A stretch of DNA of 64,000 nt from a virus (Duplodnaviria > Heunggongvirae > Uroviricota > Caudoviricetes), in the IMG/VR virus record IMGVR_UViG_3300037418_000950. The stretch is one strand, 5' to 3'. Positions 16,746 through 25,720 of this stretch are shown here, piece after piece. A program made the position numbers and the translations under genes. Every line of letters starts with the position of its first letter. Position 1 is the first letter of the stretch. Under the pieces are notes generated by a model. It did no database searches and was not told the DNA's origin. It saw only the letters and a program-made list of their open reading frames with translations.

Positions 16746-17398
16746 CTATTCTCTATAAAAACCCTTCTTACTTGGTCGATATACTCTGAAATGTCCTTTT
16801 CATAGTAATAACAAGTCATATCCTCAGTCGAGAATACTATGACAATCTTGCTAATGTTCAGATGATAAGTGTCATTCGTCATCCAGCCGTAGGTCGCGGC
16901 TTGGATGAAATAGTGAAGTATCCAATCTTCACGTTTCCATTTTTTGGTCGTCTTGAGGTCCAGAATGGTCGGCACGCCGTTCCAGCATACGATCCCGTCT
17001 GCCCGCCCCGCCGTTCGGAGCTTTCCGCTGTAGAGCGGAAATTCAGCCCCATACACTTTTTGGATGCATGGTTCGATTTTCCGCTTGACAGATTCAAAAC
17101 GCATTTTTTCGATAGGGTGTGCCTGACTGTAGTCTTCGTTGAGAAGATACCTTTCAAGCACGTCATGGAGTTTGGAGCCGAAGCGGGAAGCCCGTTCGGT
17201 TTCTAAATCAGCCTTGATATGGCCGATACGGTCGCGCCATTCTTCCAAGTGAGACTTGTCCACAGCTTGACCAATGACAGTCGTGACGCTTGGAAAGTCT
17301 CCCTCAGGTGTCTTATAAACTCGGCCAATGTCATCATAGTAAGAGTCGAGTTCACAGCGCGATAATAGGTCCAGTGATAGCATTATACCAAAACTCAA
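16742..17398 (-). CDS. PD-(D/E)xK family exonuclease (YqaJ/Cas4-like)
   Basis: 218 aa; RADGIVCWNGVPTILDLKTTKK matches the D...(D/E)xK nuclease core. Confidence 0.6.
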   Translation of the reverse strand: MSFGIMLSLDLLSRCELDSYYDDIGRVYKTPEGDFPSVTTVIGQAVDKSHLEEWRDRIGHIKADLETERASRFGSKLHDVLERYLLNEDYSQAHPIEKMRFESVKRKIEPCIQKVYGAEFPLYSGKLRTAGRADGIVCWNGVPTILDLKTTKKWKREDWILHYFIQAATYGWMTNDTYHLNISKIVIVFSTEDMTCYYYEKDISEYIDQVRRVFIENR

Positions 17399-17434
17399 AG
17401 AAAATTTGAATCATAATAGGCGTTAGAAAGTAGA

Positions 17435-18184
17435 TCACGCGATAACCCCCTCTATGATTCCATCTTCTTCTAATTTGTTTTTGGTAATGATGTAGGATTT
17501 CACGAAGGCGCTTCGAACAATGTCTTCCTCTTGGAATTCGATAAATTCGAAGCAATTCATTCGACGGATAATCTTCATGAAGTCGGCAAGGCCCGAAACT
17601 TCCTTGCGACGATTGAGGTCCGTCTGTTTAACGTCACCAGCAAAGACGATTTTGCAGTTGGTGCCAATTCGGGTGATAATAGAGTGCAACTCATGAGCCG
17701 TCATGTTCTGACATTCATCCACCAAGACGATGGCGTTGTTGATGGTGATGCCGCGGATGAAGGTCGTGGTCATGAATTCGACGATACCCTTCTGTTTCAG
17801 AAGTGTGTACGCGTCGCCCCGCCCTAACAGTTCGGCCATGATCGGCATGTAGGGGATTTCGTAGTATTGGTTCTTGCCCTTGAGGTCTCCAGGCATGTGC
17901 CCGACTTCGCGGGTCTGCACATTGGAGCGGACAATGACTAATTTTTTGAAAGGGGAATTATACGAGAAAATCTCACGTAAGGCAAGATAGGAAGCGATAA
18001 AGCTTTTGCCTGTGCCAGCGAGACCATGAAGAAACAGGTGTTTCTTATTGAAGGTATTGAAAGCAATCTCTTGATTGCTTGTTAATGGCGAAATATGTTG
18101 AAGGTCAAAATTAAGTTTGTTGTCAAGAGCATATTGTTTCTTTTGTTCACGAAGTTGTTTTCTTTGTTTTGCTCTACTTACCAT
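17435..18184 (-). CDS. phoH: PhoH-like ATPase
   Basis: 249 aa; Walker A GLAGTGKS, LVDECQN, KIVFAGDVKQTDL blocks typical of PhoH. Confidence 0.85.
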   Translation of the reverse strand: MVSRAKQRKQLREQKKQYALDNKLNFDLQHISPLTSNQEIAFNTFNKKHLFLHGLAGTGKSFIASYLALREIFSYNSPFKKLVIVRSNVQTREVGHMPGDLKGKNQYYEIPYMPIMAELLGRGDAYTLLKQKGIVEFMTTTFIRGITINNAIVLVDECQNMTAHELHSIITRIGTNCKIVFAGDVKQTDLNRRKEVSGLADFMKIIRRMNCFEFIEFQEEDIVRSAFVKSYIITKNKLEEDGIIEGVIA

Positions 18185-18220
18185 AATTGGCTTCCTTGAT
18201 ATTAGGACTTCATAGCAAAC

Positions 18221-18454
18221 TTAGTTGATATCTATTTTCGCTCCTCTGTTTCGCTTTTTGACTTGTTTCAAAAGGTCTTTGAACCCGTCGTCCGTCTTGA
18301 ACGATGACCCATGCATTGAGACGATGTTGAGCGCATGAACGCCCTGTTCGTGCTCAGGATGCTCTTTGAGATATTCTTGTAGACTGGTGTAGGACGTGAA
18401 AAATTCTTCCCACTCCTCACCAGTCGCTTTGTCGATTAGAACGTAGGTCGGCAT
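18221..18454 (-). CDS. hypothetical protein
   Basis: 77 aa ORF. Confidence 0.4.
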   Translation of the reverse strand: MPTYVLIDKATGEEWEEFFTSYTSLQEYLKEHPEHEQGVHALNIVSMHGSSFKTDDGFKDLLKQVKKRNRGAKIDIN

Positions 18455-18745
18455 TTAGGCTTTTCTAATTGTCAGATAATATTCGGCACCAGGATCGAAC
18501 TTGTTGTAGCAGTCGGGATTGGTGATGCTCATTTGCAGTTGGCCGCTTGGCGTCCACTTCGACCACGACTTATTTTCTTCACACTCGGCGGTCACAGCTT
18601 CGAACGCGACACGGATGTAAGGCGCATCCTCGGGAGTTGGCCGTTTGTCATACTGTGTGCTGACAGTTTGATTATAATCCTTATCAAAAATATGGATATA
18701 ATCGCATCGGAATTTGGCGGTTACGGTATCAGTCATAATATTCAT
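18455..18745 (-). CDS. hypothetical protein
   Basis: 96 aa ORF, directly abutting the downstream gene. Confidence 0.4.
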   Translation of the reverse strand: MNIMTDTVTAKFRCDYIHIFDKDYNQTVSTQYDKRPTPEDAPYIRVAFEAVTAECEENKSWSKWTPSGQLQMSITNPDCYNKFDPGAEYYLTIRKA

Positions 18746-18898
18746 CCTCGTGATCTACGTCTTCGACTTGGACGTATCGGTTATCGCGTGACGCACTTTT
18801 CGCTTTCTTGCGGTTACGTCGTTCGCGTTCTCTTTGTTCGCGTTCCCAATCCATATCGTCGGGTTCATCCCAACGGTACTTTTGTTTTCCTGAACGGC

Positions 18899-19504
18899 TC
18901 ATAGCGTTTCTTCTTTAGGTGCCTTCTTTTTACGTGATCGCTTGGGTTTCTCTTGCTTGGGCGGCAAGGAGTTCAAGACACTTTCAATGGTCTTATCGGT
19001 GACCCTGAATTCGTCAGGGTTCACCGTTTCCCCTACTTTCCCAATAGTCGTTTCTTCCACTTTTTGAATTTGTGGGAGAAACGTAACGTCGGGAAGTAAA
19101 TCGGGGAACGCCTCCTTTATCACATCGTATTCGAGGTTTGGATAAGGGAGGGATTTCTTGATTGCGGCTTCGATGACGCGCACGTCCCCAGGACACAGCA
19201 TTTCCAGAAGCTGAATGAACAGGTGCTCGCGCTTGGGGGGCGTCAGATTGGGGTTGCCGCCTTCGATAAACAAATACAGGCGACGCGCTTCGGCCAACAG
19301 AATGGTTTCTTGTTGCCCAACCTTATCGGGATGAAATGGGGGTAGGTCTGGACCTACAAGCCATTTGATTCCAGGATGAAGTGCATATTGTAACACAATT
19401 CGCAGGGCGTGGGTATCCTCTTGACGAAGAAATTTGACCCTTTCGTCCCTATTTTTTATTCCAGAGGCTTTCTCCAGAATTTCACTTATTCCAAGTTGAT
19501 ACAT
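18899..19504 (-). CDS. hypothetical protein
   Basis: 201 aa ORF, Lys-rich C-terminus. Confidence 0.45.
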   Translation of the reverse strand: MYQLGISEILEKASGIKNRDERVKFLRQEDTHALRIVLQYALHPGIKWLVGPDLPPFHPDKVGQQETILLAEARRLYLFIEGGNPNLTPPKREHLFIQLLEMLCPGDVRVIEAAIKKSLPYPNLEYDVIKEAFPDLLPDVTFLPQIQKVEETTIGKVGETVNPDEFRVTDKTIESVLNSLPPKQEKPKRSRKKKAPKEETL

Positions 19505-19724
19505 TAATTCTCTCTATATCGTATCTTAATTCCCAAAATAGTCGCAAGATTTTTTGAATCTCCCACCATCCACCGTCTTTGCAATTGTGATATACACAAC
19601 GGCACCCACCATTGGTGTGCATTCCTTGAGCCTTACCTTTGAGATAACAGGAAGCCATCTGAGCATCCTTTTATCTCATTCATCGCAGTATCGAATTGTT
19701 CAAGTCGTTCTTGTATGATTGTAT

Positions 19725-20000
19725 TCATTTGTTCTTATTCCAATCAATAGCTAACTGTAAATTGTAACAATATCGTTTACCTTCGAATTCTACAACGAAT
19801 TTAGGCATAAACGTTTTCATATCAACAGTCTGTGCCACGATAACAGATTTAGTATGAGGTTTGAACATGCGCGGAAGAACAGGGTGATTGATATCAGTAA
19901 TCAGTTCAACGTCACCAAGGTCTTCTAAATCGGTTGGGTCAACGGCCGTTATTGATGTTCCGTCTTCATTAAATGCTATAACTGGTTTGGGTATTTTCAT
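19725..20000 (-). CDS. hypothetical protein
   Basis: 91 aa ORF. Confidence 0.4.
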   Translation of the reverse strand: MKIPKPVIAFNEDGTSITAVDPTDLEDLGDVELITDINHPVLPRMFKPHTKSVIVAQTVDMKTFMPKFVVEFEGKRYCYNLQLAIDWNKNK

Positions 20001-20003
20001 TCT

Positions 20004-20843
20004 TTAGAAATCCTGAACAGTATCGATAAATTCTCTCAAATTCTTATCGAAAAAATAATTGAATAACTTTGCCTTTGTCTTCTTGGGGCGGTCCTCAAAT
20101 GTTTGAATAATGGGTAATTCAATCTTTTGCGGAATGCACTGTAGATCGATCAGTGTTCGGTTTCGTTCAAAGTTGCGTTTAAGCACTGAGGGATACTGAC
20201 TTGGGCAAGTGTCGGTAAGGTATTTAATACGCGCCGTACCGAGTGTTCCTTGCCGCTTCCCCAACACAAGGCAATCATCTGGAGACGCAATATTAGGTAT
20301 TCCATCAGACTTGTCCCCTTCGATGATGTGTTGTTTGAGGTAGGTGGTAGGGTCTGGATTGGAGACAAATTTCTTACCAACAGGGGAGAATTGCTTGATC
20401 CTCTTTTGCTTGTCGTGCAGTTGCACGAAATCGGTGTCGCCCGACAGGATCAGAATTTTTTGATCAGAATTGAGTTTGATCAAGGTAGCAATCACGTCGT
20501 CGGCTTCGGCGTTCTCAACATCGATGACCGTGTAGGGAAAGAACTCTTTCAGTTCGCCCTTGACAGTTTCAAAGGATGCAAAGGCTTGATCCCAATCGAT
20601 CTTGGAGTTGGCCCGTTCCTTCTTGCGGTTCGCTTTGTAGTAGGGGAACACTTCCTTACGCCAGTTCTTTCGACTATCGCAGCATATAACCACTTCCCCC
20701 CAATCCCGAAATAACTTGCGGCTATAACCGCGTAGACTTCTCAGGATGCTATATCGAATGGTTTCATCGTTTATCGGCACCTTCGTCTTTTCCATTCGGA
20801 ACAAGTTAGAGAAAGTGATTTGGTTCAAGTCAACAAGTATCAC
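20004..20843 (-). CDS. 5'-3' exonuclease / RNase H (T4 rnh-like flap endonuclease)
   Basis: 279 aa; AEADDVIATL, LILSGDTDFVQL, DGIPNI motifs and overall colinearity with T4 RNase H. Confidence 0.8.
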   Translation of the reverse strand: MILVDLNQITFSNLFRMEKTKVPINDETIRYSILRSLRGYSRKLFRDWGEVVICCDSRKNWRKEVFPYYKANRKKERANSKIDWDQAFASFETVKGELKEFFPYTVIDVENAEADDVIATLIKLNSDQKILILSGDTDFVQLHDKQKRIKQFSPVGKKFVSNPDPTTYLKQHIIEGDKSDGIPNIASPDDCLVLGKRQGTLGTARIKYLTDTCPSQYPSVLKRNFERNRTLIDLQCIPQKIELPIIQTFEDRPKKTKAKLFNYFFDKNLREFIDTVQDF

Positions 20844-20844
20844 A

Positions 20845-21207
20845 TTATGCTTTCGTTTGAGTGCTCGTAAAATTGAAATGTACCTTGGTATTCACATATA
20901 CCCCGTCCGCTGATTCAGAAAAAATGTAGTTGGTAAGATCGTGCAAGAAATGTGCTTGTTCGTAATGACGACTGACCAGCGCCTTGGTGGCCTCAATCAG
21001 AAGTCCTATGTCTTTTTTATTGGGTGTCATATCAACACCGCTTCGCTGCAAATCCTCAATAATAAATTCAATGATATCGGTGCTAACATTATCTATAAGG
21101 TCCTGAGTAAGTGAATCAGCTATGGCTTGCTTTTGAACCTTGGTCCGTTTCGGCCCTTTCTTTCGCTTGAGCTTGGGAAAGAGGATAACGTTATCTTTAT
21201 CGGTCAT
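20845..21207 (-). CDS. hypothetical protein
   Basis: 120 aa ORF. Confidence 0.45.
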   Translation of the reverse strand: MTDKDNVILFPKLKRKKGPKRTKVQKQAIADSLTQDLIDNVSTDIIEFIIEDLQRSGVDMTPNKKDIGLLIEATKALVSRHYEQAHFLHDLTNYIFSESADGVYVNTKVHFNFTSTQTKA

Positions 21208-22247
21208 TTATTTGCCCTAAGTATCAGCACGTCGGCAGATATGCGCCCGTTCGCTGGAGTTGCCTTAGTCTTGAGGGCCTGAATGTCTTTCAACACCCTT
21301 ACCTTCGTTGTATTTAGCAAATCGGCAAGCGTTTCAGGCTTGCGGATGACCTTGGTGAAGGATTTAGCGGGATCGAAGCCTATGACCGTGGTACCTTTGA
21401 CAGACAGCTTTTCGGCCGTCTCCAGGTAGGTGATGCGCCGCGTCTTGACATTGAACAACCAGACGGACTGTGCCCCGATGATTTGCGACGGTGCGACCGA
21501 GGTCAACCGAAGCTCGGGATCGGACTCCTTGAAGCGCACCTTGGCCGTTAGTTGCTCGGCACTCTTGAGCTTCTTCTTGCGTGGCTTGCGGAGTTTGGTT
21601 TCCTTGCGGCTATTCTTGATGTAGGTTTCACAGTCGCGGATGATTGCCCCGACAAACTCGGTGTAAGCCTTGATTTGTTTTTTGGAGAGGTTGTCATAGG
21701 TGCCGATTTCACGTTGAAGATCGGCATAGTAATCGACGGCGGATCGAACTTGGGATCGATTGGCCTGAGTCTCGGTCAGATACTTGTAGAAATCATGAGG
21801 GGGTAGCTTGTAGTTGGACCGATAGAAATCGTCCAGGAAGCCTTCCAAATCCGCCAGCACCACATTCTCGGGCGGCGACTTGACCGTATCCTTGGTGGTT
21901 TCGGCCCAAACTTGACCCCCAATCAGTTCCTCAAGACGGGCATCTAAGTACCACACCACATCGGGCGGCAAGACAACACCGCCCATGTACATGCGGGCAA
22001 TGGCACACATGGTCATGCTGATCTGATTGTCTTTGAGGGATTTGATGGTGCTTACGGCTTGAGGATATTTCTTCTCAGCGTAGGCTTCGATGGCATCGCG
22101 AAGTTTCGGGACTTCGCCGTTCTCATGATACCAGTATAGGGCATGAGCTAAATTAGCCCTATCGGTGATAAAACTTGAGCCCTGCGATGCGGGCTCGTCA
22201 TTCTTGAACTTAAATTGATGGATTGCTTTTCGTGTCAGTCTTTGCAT
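21204..22247 (-). CDS. hypothetical protein (replication-module associated)
   Basis: 347 aa ORF with no recognised motif; position between RNase H and the tRNA/HNH region. Confidence 0.5.
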   Translation of the reverse strand: MQRLTRKAIHQFKFKNDEPASQGSSFITDRANLAHALYWYHENGEVPKLRDAIEAYAEKKYPQAVSTIKSLKDNQISMTMCAIARMYMGGVVLPPDVVWYLDARLEELIGGQVWAETTKDTVKSPPENVVLADLEGFLDDFYRSNYKLPPHDFYKYLTETQANRSQVRSAVDYYADLQREIGTYDNLSKKQIKAYTEFVGAIIRDCETYIKNSRKETKLRKPRKKKLKSAEQLTAKVRFKESDPELRLTSVAPSQIIGAQSVWLFNVKTRRITYLETAEKLSVKGTTVIGFDPAKSFTKVIRKPETLADLLNTTKVRVLKDIQALKTKATPANGRISADVLILRANK

Positions 22248-22460
22248 TCTTTATTCGGCCGATGGTGATGTTCTGTTCAATTCTGATATCCTTATTATGA
22301 AACCACCAGAATTCGCGTGTCTCACGCACAAAACATCCCCAGAGCGTATCGGAGTCAAATGAGTAGTCAGCCATGAAATACGCTTCGGCTTTACCTTTGG
22401 GAGTGTCTAATGTAATGGGAGGTTCTAAACGTAGTATCGTGGGAGTAGTTCTTAAAAGTT

Positions 22461-22536
22461 TGGTGGAATGCGACGGGAGTCGAACCCGCAATGTCGGTTT
22501 GCAAAACCGAAGTGTTCCCAATTACACCACGCCCCC
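22461..22536 (-). tRNA. tRNA-Ala (anticodon TGC)
   Basis: D-arm GTGT-AATTGGGA-ACAC, anticodon arm TCGGT-TTTGCAA-ACCGA, T-arm GCGGGTTCGACTCCCGT, G3:U70 wobble, CCA encoded; acceptor stem has one mismatch. Confidence 0.6.
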
Positions 22537-22568
22537 ATTTTACAAATGTTTGCGAATAGATTGTTAAG

Positions 22569-22653
22569 CTCGAAGGGTAGGGCTCGAACCTACGACGGGA
22601 TTTCTCCTACGGATTAACAATCCGTTGCCTGCTACCAACTCGGCTACCTCCGA
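22569..22653 (-). tRNA. tRNA-Asn(GTT)-like with long variable arm, embedded in an extended stem
   Basis: Acceptor TCGGAGG/CCTTCGA, anticodon arm ACGGA-TTGTTAA-TCCGT, 16-nt variable region with GGA-GAAA-TCC hairpin, T-arm GTAGGTTCGAGCCCTAC. Flanks GATTGTTAAGC/GCTTAACAATC extend the acceptor helix to 18 bp. Confidence 0.45.
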
Positions 22654-22682
22654 GCTTAACAATCTGATTTGCGAAAGTATTT

Positions 22683-22711
22683 AGTATACCATATTACAGT
22701 ACAATAATCAA
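22683..22711 (-). promoter_or_regulatory. sigma70-like promoter upstream of the tRNA-Asn-like/tRNA-Ala pair
   Basis: Minus strand TTGATT-N17-TATACT; the -35 overlaps the HNH gene stop codon. Confidence 0.45.
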
Positions 22712-23145
22712 GGTAGTTGTTTCCATGCGGAACCACAACGAATATCAAGAACAGTACCTTTCGTAACCTTATATTTTTCGGATAATTCTGCGGCAGACAA
22801 AGAACTATATTTTATGGCATATGCGTCGTCATAAGAGAGTATCCTTTTTTTAAATCGACCTTTGGATACACAATCCTTCACATTATCTAAATGTGTTCCG
22901 AGGAATAAATGCTTGGGGTTTACACATAGAGGATTATCACATTCATGGCATACCAACAACTTTCCAGGTTCAATCCCATAATGTAGAACGTATGAAAATC
23001 TATGCACTCGGTAGTGTTTATTCTGAACGGTCCAAATTTCCCCGTAATCCCGCCCGTTCGTTCCACCTAACCAATTCCAACACTCATTCTCACCACGTTT
23101 ATCAACTCGTGACCAAAATCGTGTGATATATTTTTCTTCAATCAT
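22708..23145 (-). CDS. HNH homing endonuclease
   Basis: 145 aa; ECWNWLGG...GYG...HR..Y.......VCHECDNPLCVNPKHLFLGT matches the HNH_3 family. Confidence 0.8.
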   Translation of the reverse strand: MIEEKYITRFWSRVDKRGENECWNWLGGTNGRDYGEIWTVQNKHYRVHRFSYVLHYGIEPGKLLVCHECDNPLCVNPKHLFLGTHLDNVKDCVSKGRFKKRILSYDDAYAIKYSSLSAAELSEKYKVTKGTVLDIRCGSAWKQLP

Positions 23146-23159
23146 GAAATAAAAAATCC

Positions 23160-23786
23160 TTAAATAATACTCAAATTATCGACCCATTCTTGTTTCAGGT
23201 CTTTTCCCCCAAATGCGTTCAAATCAATTGCATTACCTGTAATACCCTTGACGCCATGAGGCGCAGGGCCGACACCGTCGCCCGTGTATTGCCAGAGCCA
23301 ATAGGTATGCCAGCCCACGGGAAGGGTCGCCTTAGGCCCATATTGGGGCATCCACAGCCTATGTGAGGCCAGGAATGGATCGGCGGTTTTGCCAAGTTTT
23401 TCTTTCAACAGACTGCCGCCATAGAGCTTCGGCTTCTGGCCTGTCTTGTCGCGCACCAATTGCAGGAATTGCTTGGCTTGCGCGAGACTCATGGTGCCCT
23501 TGGTGTTTTCTTCGAAGTCCAGGGCTAAGAGTGTCGTGCCATCGGGATCGGCATAGTCGAGAAAATAATTGACTTGCGCTTCGACAGGTCCCGAATGACA
23601 AAAATGATAAGCACCCCACAATAGACCGTTATCCAAGGCCCATTGACGGCGTGCTTTGTAAGTCGCGTCTTTGTAGTAGGTGCCTTCAGTAGCCTTGTGA
23701 ATGATGCCTCGAATGCCAGCATCATAAACGGCCTTCATGTCGGTGACTTGATTGTGGTGAGATAGATCGGTAACGAGAGGTATCAT
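23160..23786 (-). CDS. GH25 muramidase (endolysin)
   Basis: 208 aa; DLSHHNQ...GIRGIIHKATEGTYYKD N-terminal signature of glycoside hydrolase family 25 lysozymes. Confidence 0.8.
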   Translation of the reverse strand: MIPLVTDLSHHNQVTDMKAVYDAGIRGIIHKATEGTYYKDATYKARRQWALDNGLLWGAYHFCHSGPVEAQVNYFLDYADPDGTTLLALDFEENTKGTMSLAQAKQFLQLVRDKTGQKPKLYGGSLLKEKLGKTADPFLASHRLWMPQYGPKATLPVGWHTYWLWQYTGDGVGPAPHGVKGITGNAIDLNAFGGKDLKQEWVDNLSII

Positions 23787-23816
23787 AGGCGGTTCCTTAG
23801 TAGGTTTACCGCCTAT

Positions 23817-24002
23817 TTAGTCAATATTTTCAAATTCCACTATGCCATTGCTTTTTACTTGCAACAAACATCGGCGAACCGCTGCCCTAATAACACCAGT
23901 TCTGGTACTATTGAGAGACTTTGCAACTTTGTCTATTTCCGCGATCATTTCATTAGATAACCAAAGAGGAATTTGAGACATTCCTTCGCGCTTTTTAGGC
24001 AT
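23817..24002 (-). CDS. ribbon-helix-helix (CopG/Arc-like) DNA-binding protein
   Basis: 61 aa; IPLWLSNEMIAEIDKVAK...RTGVIRAAVRRCL fits an RHH beta-strand plus two helices. Confidence 0.5.
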   Translation of the reverse strand: MPKKREGMSQIPLWLSNEMIAEIDKVAKSLNSTRTGVIRAAVRRCLLQVKSNGIVEFENID

Positions 24003-24411
24003 CGTTGATCAGCCCCTCAGGTTCGGTTTCGATGATATCAGCTATTTCGTTGAAGTCCGTGCCGCTATCGTTGACCGAGGTCAGAGCAACCGTTGGATAG
24101 GGACCATAGTATCCGCAGTTGGTTCGGAGCCCGAGCCAATCCCTGACTTCATCGGGAAGGATATTGCTAATCTGGTTACGCGTGCTATCGGGGTCTTCGC
24201 CGTCTTCAAGTTCGCGATACACAAAATATTCGCCTTCCCATTGGACGAACTTCGGCGCATCACCTGATTTCATCCAAAGGTCACAGGCGACTCCGAGACA
24301 ACAGAATCCATCTTCATAACGAAGTTGACTCGTTGCCTGTTTGTAGTCCCCCGACCGCAAGGCATCGATCCAGAGCTTGCGGTGTTCCTTCTGTTGTTCC
24401 TTAGTCCACAT
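23995..24411 (-). CDS. 'FCCLG' family small acidic protein, paralog 1
   Basis: 138 aa; W..EQQ..HR.LWI.ALRSG.Y.Q...LR...GFCCLGVACD...SGD...DWLGL...NDSG..F..IADIIE.EP..LI shared by four tandem genes. Confidence 0.55.
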   Translation of the reverse strand: MWTKEQQKEHRKLWIDALRSGDYKQATSQLRYEDGFCCLGVACDLWMKSGDAPKFVQWEGEYFVYRELEDGEDPDSTRNQISNILPDEVRDWLGLRTNCGYYGPYPTVALTSVNDSGTDFNEIADIIETEPEGLINDA

Positions 24412-24862
24412 TGCGAATCAACTTTTTCGGTTCATCTTCAATAATATCGGCGATCTGTTTGAAGGTTTTGCCGCTGTCATTCAGGCCAGAAAGGGAATCG
24501 GAAGTATAAAACTTACCGTCAATCTTCTCACAGTTCCAATGGCTTTCTTCCACGGGTCTAAAATGCGTGCCAGAATCATCTTGAAGTCCAAGCCAATCCT
24601 TGACAGGCGCAGGAAGCACGGTCGCTATAAGACCTTCATCACCGCGCTTGTAACGGAAGAATTTATTGGTTTCCCATTTCGTTGTCTTTGAAGCATCGCC
24701 CGACTTGAGATACACGTCACAGGCAACCCCGAGACAACAGAAGCCGACATTGTCTCGCAAACATCCCATAGTTTGTTCGTATTCACCCGAACGAAGGGCT
24801 TTAACCCACATGCGGCGATGTAGAGCTTGTTCCTCAGGCGTCCACTTCTTGGTCATCTGCAA
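24401..24862 (-). CDS. 'FCCLG' family small acidic protein, paralog 2
   Basis: 153 aa; same conserved blocks; overlaps paralog 1 by 11 nt. Confidence 0.55.
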   Translation of the reverse strand: MQMTKKWTPEEQALHRRMWVKALRSGEYEQTMGCLRDNVGFCCLGVACDVYLKSGDASKTTKWETNKFFRYKRGDEGLIATVLPAPVKDWLGLQDDSGTHFRPVEESHWNCEKIDGKFYTSDSLSGLNDSGKTFKQIADIIEDEPKKLIRNVD

Positions 24863-25310
24863 TCAATCCTTTAGGTTCTTTCTCAACAATGTCGGCAATC
24901 TGGTTGAAAGTTTTCTTGCTGTGATCATTTTCGGAAATCAAAGTCGATCTTTTGCGATTAGTAAAGAACTCACCACAATTCGTTTTCAAACCAAGCCAGT
25001 CTGAGACTGGTTGTGGAAGCGATCCCGAAACGTAATAATCGTGATAATATCCTTCTTCACTTTTTACTTTTGTCCTAAACTGAAAACCGTGATCATGATC
25101 GAGACCAAGCCACTTCGCGACCTTGGGAGCATCCCCCGATTTCAGATAGACGTCACAGGCAACCCCGAGACAACAGAATTCAGGTTGGTCATCAAGATCA
25201 CTTAACTTTCGGAGCGCGCCCCTCGCCTGACTATAGTCGCCCGACCGTAGAGCTTTAATCCAAAGTTCTCTATGTGCCTTCTGTTCCTCAGGAGTCCATT
25301 TCTTGCTCAT
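24834..25310 (-). CDS. 'FCCLG' family small acidic protein, paralog 3
   Basis: 158 aa; same conserved blocks; overlaps paralog 2 by 29 nt. Confidence 0.55.
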   Translation of the reverse strand: MSKKWTPEEQKAHRELWIKALRSGDYSQARGALRKLSDLDDQPEFCCLGVACDVYLKSGDAPKVAKWLGLDHDHGFQFRTKVKSEEGYYHDYYVSGSLPQPVSDWLGLKTNCGEFFTNRKRSTLISENDHSKKTFNQIADIVEKEPKGLIADDQEVDA

Positions 25311-25720
25311 ATCAACAACCCCTCAGGTTCGGATTCAATAATGTCAGCAATCTTCTTGAACGGCATACCGCAGTCATTGTTGCTTACGAGACTGGTATTT
25401 TCATAATGGCCATTGCATGTTTTCAATCCCAACCAATCCATAACTGGTTGAGGCAATTCAACGTCGTCCGAATAAGGATCGCTATATTTTGGTTCGGCAA
25501 ATGCAAAAGAGTTGTCTTGCAACCAGTTCATATACTCAGGCGCATCCCCCGACTTGAGATACAAATCACAGGCGACTCCGAGGCAACAATAGCTAAATCC
25601 CTTATCGTCGGCGTTCGTAGATCGTAAGGTGCATTTGGTTTGCTTGTACTTGCGCGACCGTAGAGCTTCGATCCAGGCGCGACGATGCTCGGCCTGTTGT
25701 TCAGGTGTCCACTTACTCAT
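25307..25720 (-). CDS. 'FCCLG' family small acidic protein, paralog 4
   Basis: Start taken at internal Met (MSKWTPEQQAEHRRAWIEALRS...) by family alignment; ATGA overlap with paralog 3. Confidence 0.5.
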   Translation of the reverse strand: MSKWTPEQQAEHRRAWIEALRSRKYKQTKCTLRSTNADDKGFSYCCLGVACDLYLKSGDAPEYMNWLQDNSFAFAEPKYSDPYSDDVELPQPVMDWLGLKTCNGHYENTSLVSNNDCGMPFKKIADIIESEPEGLLI

